Shown one piece after another: positions 39,206-48,500 of a stretch of 64,000 bases of DNA. Source of the DNA: Meiothermus sp. (GTDB lineage Bacteria; Deinococcota; Deinococci; Deinococcales; Thermaceae). The first letter of the stretch is position 1. The number at the start of each line of letters is the position of its first letter. The notes beneath the pieces are model-generated. The model was given only the letters and a program-made list of their open reading frames with translations. It was not told the origin of the DNA and did no database searches. The position numbers were made by a program, and so were the translations under genes. The stretch covers positions 1-64,000 of the forward strand of contig JANRLD010000025.1 in NCBI GenBank assembly GCA_033762915.1, given 5' to 3'.

Positions 39206-39266
39206 CCTCAATCGTAGAGGCGTGAGTTTCGGCATGCTGTGCCGCTACGCCCGAGGAGGAGTGGGA

Positions 39267-39779
39267 ATGAAGTGGAGACAGCTTTGGATCATTGGTCTCA
39301 GCCTGGTGCTGGCCCTGGCATTTGCGCAGACCAGGGGGGCAGTGAAGCTCGACCTTCAGGCCTACCGGGTGCTGAGCGTGCAGGAAAACGGCAGGTCCGT
39401 TGAGAAGCTGGAGGAGGCCCTCGAGGTACGCCCCGGCCAACTCATCGAGTACCGCCTGGCCGCCCAGAACACCAGCCAGACCGCCCTGCGCCAGGTCAGC
39501 CTGGTCATCCCGATTCCCCGCACCACCGCCTACCAGGCCCTGAGTGCGGCTCCCCTGCGGCTTGGCCAGAGCCTGGTCGCGCCTCAGTTTAGTTTTGACG
39601 GTGGAAGCGTCTACGGCTTCCCGCCGCTAAAGCGCAAAGTAACTGTGATGGAAAACGGCAAGGAGGTTCAGCGCGAGGTTGAGGTGAAGCCCGAAGAGTA
39701 CACCCATGTTCGCTGGGTTCTGCCGCAGATGGCCACCCAGGAAAACGTCGTCTTGACGCTGCGGGCCACGGTTCGCTAA
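39267..39779 (+). CDS. Small secreted single truncated-DUF11 protein (putative chaperone/cap)
   Basis: GAGGAGG RBS, signal peptide ending AFA-Q, 'RPGQLIEYRLAAQN...VIPIP...HVRW...LTLRATVR*'. Confidence 0.8.
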   Translation: MKWRQLWIIGLSLVLALAFAQTRGAVKLDLQAYRVLSVQENGRSVEKLEEALEVRPGQLIEYRLAAQNTSQTALRQVSLVIPIPRTTAYQALSAAPLRLGQSLVAPQFSFDGGSVYGFPPLKRKVTVMENGKEVQREVEVKPEEYTHVRWVLPQMATQENVVLTLRATVR

Positions 39780-39830
39780 ACGAACCGCATTAGGCCCTAA
39801 GCCAACGCTGTCATTGGAGGAAATTCAACC

Positions 39831-42602
39831 ATGAAAAGAACCCTAAGTCTGTTGGTCGGCGCGGTGGCGCTTCTGGGCGTAGCCTTCGCCCAGCAAACCC
39901 CCGCCGGAACCAACATCTCCAACCAGGCCTCGGCCACCTATATCGACTCGGCCGGTCAGAACCAGAGCACCACTTCCAACCAAGTGTTGACCGTGGTGCA
40001 GCAGGTTTACAGCTTCACCATCACCCCCAACTCGGCCAGCACCAGCGAGCCCACCGGCGCCGCCGGCTTCGCCCAGAGCCGCAGCGCCCTTCCCGGTGCG
40101 CGCGTCTACTTCCCCTACACGGTCAACAATACAGGCAACGGCCCTGATACCATCAACCTGACCAGTGTACTCGGTACCGCCGGCGGCACCACCCCCGTTC
40201 GCTTCGTGCTCCAGACCCCCACCATCTACCGCGACACCAACTGTAACGGCTCGGTGGACGCCGGTGAGTCGGTGATCTCCTCGGTGGCCCTCACCCAAAA
40301 CGTCGGGGCACTGGCCGCAACCTCCTTGGCCTGCGTGATCATCGAGACCACCATCCCCAGCAGCGCCAATAACAACGAGGTCGGCAACATCAACCTCTCG
40401 GGGATCTCGGCCGGCAACAACTCGGTGACCGACACCAACAACTGGTCGCGGGCCATCGCCACCACCTCCGCCGCGCTGGACATCAACAAGAGCGCCAGCC
40501 CCAGCAACACGGCTTCGGCGGGCGGCACCATCTCCTACACCATCACCGGCCAGAATCGCGGCGGCAGCGCGGCCTCCGGCCTGACCACCATCCCCACCGG
40601 CCTGGGCAGCATCCCGGTTGCCAGCAGCACCGGCATCCTGATCTGGGACATCGTGCCCACTGGCCTGACCCTGACCGGCGCCCCCAGCGGCTCCTCGGGC
40701 GCGGGCACCGTCAACATCGTCTACTCGAGCGACGGCACCACCTGGACCTCGACCGCCCCGACCTTCGCCACCTGGGCCGGCGACGGCACCCGCCGCGTGG
40801 GCATGTGGATCACCGGCTCGGGCGCTTTCTTCCCCCAGGGGGCCTCGTACACCTTTAGCTTCACCACCAACGTGCCCGCAGGCGCGGCCTCGGGTACCAC
40901 GTACACCAACACTGCCAACCTGCAGTTCAACAACGGCGCCGACGTCGGTCCGGTCGCCTCGAACAGCACCTCCAACACCGTCGGCACCACCTTCGGCGTG
41001 GCCCTTGGCCCCAACGGTACCGCCACCGCTGCGGGCAACGGCGCGGTCGGCTCGGCCGACTCCCAGACCATCGCCTCGGCTTTCAGTGGCCAGACGGTGA
41101 CCTTCACCCAGACCCTGCAGAACACCGGCAATGCCTCTGACAGCTTCAACCTGTCCCTGGGCACCGGCGCGACCGCCCCCAACCTGGCCCCGCCCAGCGG
41201 CTGGTCCTGCCAGATCACCCAGATTGACGGCACCCCCATCAACACCGCCGTCGGGCCTTTTGCTGCCAACGCCACCTTCAACTTCCAGGTGCGCTGCGCC
41301 ATCCCCGCCAGCTACACCACCGCCACCGCGGTTAGCTTGAACGTGATCGCCACTTCGGTCGGCAACTCTGGCACCAGCGACCCCACCGCCGACACGGTCA
41401 GCGCGGTCAGCCTGGGCTACGCAGTCGACCTCGCCACCCGCGGCAACACCTCCAGGCCCGAGACCGCGGCCAACGACAACCCCGCCGGCCAGACCACCAA
41501 CCCCGCAACCACCGTCAGCTTCCCGCTGGACGTGCGCAACAACGGCGAGAACACTGACACCTACCAGCTCTCGGCCACCATCCCCTCTGGCTGGTCGGTG
41601 CAGTTCATCAACGATGCCAACAACAACGGCGTAGCCGACTCCGGCGAGGCCGTGGTCAACAACACCGGCCTGATGGCCAAGGACGCTGTCCGTAGCGTGA
41701 TCGCGGTGGTCACGGTGCCGGCCGGCACCAGCCCCGGCAGCAACAGCCTGACCTTTACCACCACCAGCGCCACCCTGGGCACGGTGAGCAACGCCGTCTC
41801 TACCACCATCACCGTCAACGAGGTCCGGGCCTTCGTATTCGACCCCGACCGCAGCGGTACCGTGACCAGCCCCGGCACCATCGTCTACACCCATAACCTG
41901 CGCAACAACGGCAACGCCAGCGCAACCGTGGCGATCCCCGCGCCCACCTTCCTCAACACCTCCCGCGGCTGGACCTACCAGTACTCCACCGACGGCGGCA
42001 CCACCTGGACCAGCACCGTCTCGGGCTTGGTCCTGGCCGCCAACGCCTCGGCCACCCTGCAGGTGCGGGTGATCGTGCCCGCCGGCGAGGCCATCGGGGT
42101 GAGCGAGACCGCCCAGATCACCGCCACCGCCACCTACGCCAGCAGTGCCACCGCAGCCCAGACCGTCAACGACACCACCACCATCGTGGCCGGCGACCTG
42201 ACCCTGGCCAAGACCGGCATCAGCTACGTGGGCAGCTCCGCCACCGTGCGCTCCGCCACCGCCGCCACCGCACTGCCCGGCGACCAGATCCTCTACACGG
42301 TGGTCGCGACCAACAACGGCGTGGGCAATCTGACCACCGTCAAGATCGCCGACCCGCTGCCCAGCTTCACCGACTTCGTCTCGGTTAGCGCCACTACCAC
42401 CATCTCGGGCGGTACCGTGGTCTACTCCACCGACGGCAACAACTGGACCACCACTGCCCCGACTACCCTCTCGGCAGGTCAGTCCATCTACGTAGCCGTC
42501 AACACCGCCGGCACCGCTGGCGGCGCGGGCAGCATCGACGCCAGCGACCTGATGGCTCCTGGCCGCACCATCACCATCACCTTCCGAGTGCAAGTCCGCT
42601 AA
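39831..42602 (+). CDS. Secreted multi-Ig/DUF11 protein, putative major filament (shaft) subunit
   Basis: GGAGG RBS, 20-aa signal peptide, T/A/S/G/N-rich beta repeats, N-terminal 'TPAGTNISNQASATY' and C-terminal truncated DUF11 ending 'TITFRVQVR*'. Confidence 0.85.
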   Translation: MKRTLSLLVGAVALLGVAFAQQTPAGTNISNQASATYIDSAGQNQSTTSNQVLTVVQQVYSFTITPNSASTSEPTGAAGFAQSRSALPGARVYFPYTVNNTGNGPDTINLTSVLGTAGGTTPVRFVLQTPTIYRDTNCNGSVDAGESVISSVALTQNVGALAATSLACVIIETTIPSSANNNEVGNINLSGISAGNNSVTDTNNWSRAIATTSAALDINKSASPSNTASAGGTISYTITGQNRGGSAASGLTTIPTGLGSIPVASSTGILIWDIVPTGLTLTGAPSGSSGAGTVNIVYSSDGTTWTSTAPTFATWAGDGTRRVGMWITGSGAFFPQGASYTFSFTTNVPAGAASGTTYTNTANLQFNNGADVGPVASNSTSNTVGTTFGVALGPNGTATAAGNGAVGSADSQTIASAFSGQTVTFTQTLQNTGNASDSFNLSLGTGATAPNLAPPSGWSCQITQIDGTPINTAVGPFAANATFNFQVRCAIPASYTTATAVSLNVIATSVGNSGTSDPTADTVSAVSLGYAVDLATRGNTSRPETAANDNPAGQTTNPATTVSFPLDVRNNGENTDTYQLSATIPSGWSVQFINDANNNGVADSGEAVVNNTGLMAKDAVRSVIAVVTVPAGTSPGSNSLTFTTTSATLGTVSNAVSTTITVNEVRAFVFDPDRSGTVTSPGTIVYTHNLRNNGNASATVAIPAPTFLNTSRGWTYQYSTDGGTTWTSTVSGLVLAANASATLQVRVIVPAGEAIGVSETAQITATATYASSATAAQTVNDTTTIVAGDLTLAKTGISYVGSSATVRSATAATALPGDQILYTVVATNNGVGNLTTVKIADPLPSFTDFVSVSATTTISGGTVVYSTDGNNWTTTAPTTLSAGQSIYVAVNTAGTAGGAGSIDASDLMAPGRTITITFRVQVR

Positions 42603-42611
42603 GCCCCATTT

Positions 42612-42639
42612 GTCCCCCTGGGCCTGTGCCCAGGGGGAC
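42612..42639 (+). terminator. Strong hairpin after the putative major subunit (attenuator or mRNA stabiliser)
   Basis: Perfect 12-bp stem GTCCCCCTGGGC-ctgt-GCCCAGGGGGAC. No U-tract on the + strand. Confidence 0.6.
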
Positions 42640-42773
42640 CCAAAAGTTCAACTGAGTTAGCTTGACTTCAGGATTCAACAGTTCAGCCACCCCTCGAGCC
42701 GAACTCAGTTAGTGGGACCCCCACCTAACCGCGTCGGCTCGAGTTTTTTTACCCTGAGAAGGAGGTGAGCGTT

Positions 42774-45509
42774 TTGACACCCGACAACCCCAATGCGCCC
42801 ACTTCCCTCGGGGCCCGCGCACAACATCGGACTTTCCTTTTCCCGCTGGCCCTTTTGCTGAGCTTCCTGGCCTGTTTTTGGCCCTCGGCCCTAGCCCAGA
42901 GCGCCCTGGCCGGCACCATCATCTCCAACCAGGCCCAAGTCTCCTTCGCCGAGTCTACCCAGCCCTACTTCTCCAACGTGGTGGAGACCCTGGTTCAGGC
43001 GGTCTGCGCGCCGACCATCACCCCCAACGGAACCCAGGGCAGCCCGGCCCAGCGGGCGGTGGTTTCGGCGGGCGGTTTCGCCTACTTCCCCTACCTGCTG
43101 CGCAATGCCGGCAACCAGCGCAGCACTTTCGCGCTGAGCTCGGCCCAGAACGCCGCCACCTGGGCCCCCCGTTGGGTCCGGTTGTACCTAGATCAAAACG
43201 AAGACTCGAGGCTCGACCCGGGGGAGCCCCAGGTCGCGAGCCTGTCCCTTGATGTGGGGGAGCAGCGCCGGCTGGTGATGGAGGTTGCCCTACCCGCCAA
43301 CGCCACCGGCGACCTGCTGGTCACCCCCACTGCCAGCTGCGTGACCGGCGAGCGCGACGACGACAACTTCAGCCAGATCAGCGTGGGAACCGGGCCCTCG
43401 CTCAACCTCACCAAGTCCACCAGCCGGACCACCCTCGACACCAACCAGGAAACCACCTTCGGGCTCCTGGTGGCCAACCTGGGCAGCACGCGGACGGGCG
43501 GGCCGGTCTCCGTCACCGACTGGCTCAACACCCCCGAACTGGCCGGGCTAAGCATTGTGCCCGGCTCGGCCGAGGCCACCAAGGGACGCCTGGAGTACAG
43601 CGCCGACGGGACCACCTGGAGTAGCCTCGAAGGCACCCAGGTCCTCGGGGTGCGCCTGGTGCTCGATGGCCTGGAGGCCGGCGAGCAGGCAGTCTTCAGC
43701 TTCCGCATGCGCCTGGGCGAGGGTAGCTCGAACGGCCTCCGGCGTAACCTGGCCACCGCCGAGGGTCCGGGCGGGCCAGCGGTGGCCGCCGTCGAGCTGA
43801 CGGTGGCCCCACGCTTCGCCCACCGGTTGGGGCCGCTGGGCCGGCCCGAGGCCAGCGGTGCCCAGGACCGCCAGAGCGGAACCGCCCGTGTCGGGCAGAG
43901 CTACTGCTTCTCACACAGCCTGATTAACCTGGGCAACGCCCCCGACCGCTACACCCTCGAGCTCGGCGTGCTGCCCCCAGGGATAACCGCCAGCTTCCGC
44001 CAGGGCAGCGGCCCGCTGGCCCAACCGATCCTGCTGGGCCAGGGCGAACGCAGTGACTTCCAACTCTGCCTAGGCGGCCTCGATCAGCAGACTCCCAGCT
44101 TCGAGGTCACCCTCAACGCGGTCTCCCAGACCACCGGGGCGGTCGACCCCACCTACGACATACTGGGTGTCACCTACGACCCGGCCAGCGTGCGGCTGCT
44201 CAAGAGCACCGACCGGGCCTCGGCGATGCCGGGAGAGTCGGTCAACTACACCCTGCAAATCAGCAACCCCTTCCCGGTCGCGATGACCAACCTGCGTGTC
44301 AGGGACCAGCTCGACGAGAGGCTGGAGTTCGTCGAAGCCTCTTCAGGCGGCAGCTTCGAACCGGCCAGCCGCGAGGTGGTCTGGACGGTGGGCAGCCTGG
44401 GGGTCGGCCAGACCCTCACCCTGAGCCTGCGGGTGCGGGTGGCCTCCACCACGAACGACGGCCAGATCCCCAACCGCTTCAGTCTCCGGGCCGATCAGTT
44501 CGACGACACCGCCACCTCCAACACGGTCAGTCTGCCTATCCTCACCAGCAGCATCCAGCTGCTCAAGAGGGTAACCCCTGCTCAGGCAGTGGTGGGCGAC
44601 ACCCTCACCTTCACGCTGACCCTACAGAACACCGGCAAGACCGACCTGGTCATCGAGGTGGTTGACACCCCCGGCAAAGGCCTGCGCTACGTGGAGCAGA
44701 GCGCCCAGCCCGCCGCCTCAGCCCAGCGCGGAGAGGGCCTGGTGTGGTCGGGCCTCGAGCTACCCGCCGGGGCCACCCGCAGCCTGAGCTACAAGATGCG
44801 GGTGTTGGCAGGGGCCCCGGAGCTGCTGGAGAACCGCGCGGTGGCCACTGGGGTCAACACCCAGGGGGTGGCGGTGGCGGCGGCCTCGGCGGCGGCCTCG
44901 GTCAAGCTGGACCGGGCGGTGTTCACGCCCATCAACATTCTGAGCGGCAGGGTCTTCCTCGATTCCGACCGCGATGGGCGCTATACGGCTGGTCTGGACA
45001 TCCCGCTACCAGGAGCCAGGCTGGTGCTGTCCAACGGGATGCAAACCCTCAGCGACAAGGACGGGCGCTACGCCTTTCGGGAGCTGCGGGGCGGGGCCTG
45101 GGAGATCTTCCTCGACCCGGCCTCAGCCCCCTTCAAGCCGCTCCCGCACCCCGAGCAGTTAGGTGAAGGCTACCGCCACAGGGTCACGGTCAACGGCCTG
45201 ACCAACTCCGACTTCCCCCTCGAGCGCCCCCTGGGCCAGGCGGTGGTGCAGCGCGAGACCACCCTCGAGTTCGGCCCGCTTAAGGTCTACAAGCGCCTGA
45301 TCGCCCTGCCGGCCGGGTTGCGGGTGGTCTTGGAGGTCAACAGCAGCGAGCCCATGAACGACCTCACCGTCTCCGACCCGGTGCCCGGCGGTGGGCTTCG
45401 GGAGTTCAAATTTGACAAGCTGGAAGGCCCACAGACCGTAACCTACGACTTGCCCATAACGCCCGGGTTCTACCTAACCGACCCGCAGGCCAGGTGGCGA
45501 TACCCATGA
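42774..45509 (+). CDS. Secreted DUF11/SdrD-B-like protein, putative base/adaptor subunit
   Basis: Signal peptide, 'ALAGTIISNQAQVSF', three complete DUF11 domains, and an SdrD-B-like 'GRVFLDSDRDG...PLPGARL...DKDGRYAF'. The GTG at 42765 lies inside a perfect SD (AAGGAGGTGA), so TTG 42774 is the likelier start. Confidence 0.85.
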   Translation: MTPDNPNAPTSLGARAQHRTFLFPLALLLSFLACFWPSALAQSALAGTIISNQAQVSFAESTQPYFSNVVETLVQAVCAPTITPNGTQGSPAQRAVVSAGGFAYFPYLLRNAGNQRSTFALSSAQNAATWAPRWVRLYLDQNEDSRLDPGEPQVASLSLDVGEQRRLVMEVALPANATGDLLVTPTASCVTGERDDDNFSQISVGTGPSLNLTKSTSRTTLDTNQETTFGLLVANLGSTRTGGPVSVTDWLNTPELAGLSIVPGSAEATKGRLEYSADGTTWSSLEGTQVLGVRLVLDGLEAGEQAVFSFRMRLGEGSSNGLRRNLATAEGPGGPAVAAVELTVAPRFAHRLGPLGRPEASGAQDRQSGTARVGQSYCFSHSLINLGNAPDRYTLELGVLPPGITASFRQGSGPLAQPILLGQGERSDFQLCLGGLDQQTPSFEVTLNAVSQTTGAVDPTYDILGVTYDPASVRLLKSTDRASAMPGESVNYTLQISNPFPVAMTNLRVRDQLDERLEFVEASSGGSFEPASREVVWTVGSLGVGQTLTLSLRVRVASTTNDGQIPNRFSLRADQFDDTATSNTVSLPILTSSIQLLKRVTPAQAVVGDTLTFTLTLQNTGKTDLVIEVVDTPGKGLRYVEQSAQPAASAQRGEGLVWSGLELPAGATRSLSYKMRVLAGAPELLENRAVATGVNTQGVAVAAASAAASVKLDRAVFTPINILSGRVFLDSDRDGRYTAGLDIPLPGARLVLSNGMQTLSDKDGRYAFRELRGGAWEIFLDPASAPFKPLPHPEQLGEGYRHRVTVNGLTNSDFPLERPLGQAVVQRETTLEFGPLKVYKRLIALPAGLRVVLEVNSSEPMNDLTVSDPVPGGGLREFKFDKLEGPQTVTYDLPITPGFYLTDPQARWRYP

Positions 45510-48500
45510 AACCAGGAACAGGGAACAGGGAACAGGGAACAGGGAGGAGAAGCTCTCGCGGTCTCTCTCTCCTGGTTCCTCTCCTTTCTTTCCTCGCCCT
45601 CCTGATGTTCGGCAGCGCGCTCGCGCAAGTCCGTACCGAACTCAAGGGGATCGTGCCCGGCAGTGAGCTGCGCTGGGAGATCACCGAACTGCGGGCCAGC
45701 ATCGTGGTCACCAAGCCGACCATTCTGAACCTGCAGATCTACTCCCCGGGCTTCGACCCCAAGGACTACCGCAGCGCCTTACAGGGCAAAAGCGAACTGG
45801 GCGATGAGCGCTACGATAAGGGCAAGGGGCCGATGCGCGCCAGCTTCGCCCTCAGCCGCGACGGGCGGGTGCTCGAGAACCGGGGCTACGGGGTGGAGCC
45901 GCACCGCTGGGTGCTGTTCTTCCGGGGACGGGTGGAACCGGGGGTGTACACGATTGCCAGCAGCCTCAAGGGGCTGGGCAAGAACGCCTTCCTCTACCGC
46001 ATCCAGACCAGCGTCCCCGAATCCGCCGAGCTGCTTGTGGATCCCACCCTTCAGCTCTACGACGTGCGCCGGAGCAGCGCGGTCTCGATCGGCACCATCC
46101 GTGGGCCGAACTGGGTGGAGCCCTTCACCCTCGAGGTGCTGCCGGGGGTGGGGCCGTTTAGGGTGGGCATCTACGACGAGGACGGCCCAAGCGAGATGCT
46201 GGGGCGGGTGCGGCTGCCCGGCCAGCAGGTGGTGCCGCGCCAGGTTGCCGGCGACCGACAGTGGAGCTACTTCAATGTAGCGACGCCCGGCATCTACCGC
46301 TTCGGCTTCGCGCAGGCCCCCACCTCCAGGCAGTACTCCAACACCATCGGGTTCCAGGTGAATGCCTGCATGCAGGTGCGCGGCGACCGCTTCGCGGTGC
46401 TTCCACCCAAGCCGGTTACGGCCAGTGTGGTGAACCAAGCGGGGCAGCGGCTCGAGTTCGCCCCCACGATCACCGGCGAGCAGATCCGCGAGGTCACGCT
46501 GCCCCCGCTGCCCGACGGCTACACCCTGCTGCGCATCGAGACCGAGGGCGGCGAGCCGCTGGCGGCCAACAAAGCCCGGCTGGGCTGCGCGGGCGGAAGC
46601 GTGCGCTTCGTGGTCGCGCTGCCCAAGGTGGCCGAGACGCCGGTCTCGCCGGAGCCCAGAGAGCCCGCCCTCACCGACCCCACGCCCGAGCCCGGCCAGC
46701 CCGAGATGGTGGCCCCCCCGGCCCCGGAGCCCATCGCGGTGGCTCCGCTCGAGCCGCTGGCTCCGCAGCCTGAGCCACAACCACAACCCCAGCCTGAGCC
46801 ACAACCACAACCCCAGCCTGAGCCACAACCACAACCCCAGCCTGAGCCACAACCACAACCCCAACCACAACCCCAGCCCCAGCCTGAACCCCAGCCCCAG
46901 CCCGAGCCGCAACCACAACCCCAACCGCAACCCCAGGTCGAGGTGGTCGCCCCCCCGGTCAAGAAAGGTCGCCTCGAGCTGACGGCCCGCCTGGTGCTTC
47001 CCACGGGTGAGCAGAGCGCCGAGATTGGGGTGCAGGTGGGCGACCAGACCGTCCGGCTCGAGGGCGGGGCGGCCTCGCTCGAGCTGACCCCCGGCAGCCT
47101 GACCCTGACTCCCCAAGTGCAGGGCGCGACAGTGGTCGGCCCCAGCACCGCCGAGGTGCTGGCAGACCAGACCGCCAGGGCCGAGTTTAGGGTCTACCCC
47201 AGCGTCCAGCTGACCCTGCACGCCGACAAAACCGTGCTGAAGATCGGCGAAGAGGCGGTACTGACCGCAACCGCCACAACCGCCTACGCTCGCCTGCTGC
47301 CCGCCAACCTCCAACTTGCCCTGCCTGCCTGCCTGGAGCCGCTCGAGACCCCCCGCCTAACCACCCCGATCTCCGCCGCCCGGCAGGGGGTGCTGCGTGT
47401 CCCGGTCCGTGCGGTCTGCCGGGGTGAGTTTCCTGTCCCGGCGACACTAACCCCCTGGGGCCAAGGGGCCAGTGTGAGCCTTAAGGTGCTGCAGCCACTG
47501 AGGTTTAGCCTGACCAAACAGGCCCTGACCCCCGCAGTCGCGGTAGGGGGCCAGGCAGTCTACCGGCTGACGGTCCAGAACATCAGCGACGAGGCCGGGC
47601 CGGTGACCCTGCGCGACCCCCTGGCCGTGGGCCTGCTGGGTGAGCCTCTCGAGCAAAGCCTGGTCCTCGAGCCGGGCCAGGAGCGCAGCATCGAGCTCAG
47701 CGCCCTGGTCGGCCCCGAGGCCCCGGCCCGCATCCAAAACCGGGCCCAGTTGGTGAACGCTGCCGGCGAGGTGCTGGCTGAGTCTGAGGCCGGGGTCGAG
47801 GTGCTGCGACCGGCGGCCGTGCTGGGCCGCACACTGGACAAGCGCGTGGTGGTCCCCGGCGAGACGGTGGAGGTCGGGCTGACCGTGGGCAACGACGGGC
47901 AGGCCAACCTCGAGTACAGCCTGAGCGACACCATACCCGAGTGGCTCGAAGTCTCGAACCCCCCCAGCTTCAGCGGGCAGCTGGCCCCGGGCCAGCGCGT
48001 GACCCACCGCTACACTGCCACGGTGCGCTTCGGCTCGGGGGCCGAGGGACAGTTTGAGGCCCAACTGCGCTCCAACGGCGGCGACCCCACCGCCACCGAC
48101 ACCCTGCGGCGGGTGCTGGTACCCCTAAGCAAGCGGGCCACGCCCGAGCGGGTGGTGTTGGGGAACGACGCGGCCTTTGAAATCGAGTTCACCAACCCCA
48201 CCGACCACCCTTTGAGCCTGGAGTTGATGGAAGCACCCGACCCCGATCTGGGGATGGATATCCCTGGGGAACTTCGGTACGAGCTGGCCCCCGGAGAGAC
48301 ACAGCGCTTGACCCTTCCGGCTAAGCCCAAGCGGGTGGGGCCCCTGGAGAACCAGGTCACGGCCTTCGTGGGCGGCGCCCCGGCCTCCTTTCCCACCAAG
48401 GCCACCCTCATGGTAATGCCGGTACTGGAGGTGCAGCGCTACTCCCTGGTAACCCTCGAGTTCAGCGCACAGGGGCAGGGCGAGCGACTTCTTCTGACCC

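Noticed and set aside
39002..39266. c-di-GMP or other riboswitch upstream of the DUF11 operon
   Set aside because: I could not identify the conserved GEMM motifs or an expression-platform terminator by eye; an Rfam scan would be needed.
39843..42593. 916-aa Gly/Val-rich minus-strand ORF
   Set aside because: Mirror of the ACC/GCC-rich codons of the shaft gene. The same applies to the minus-strand ORFs over 59-64 kb.
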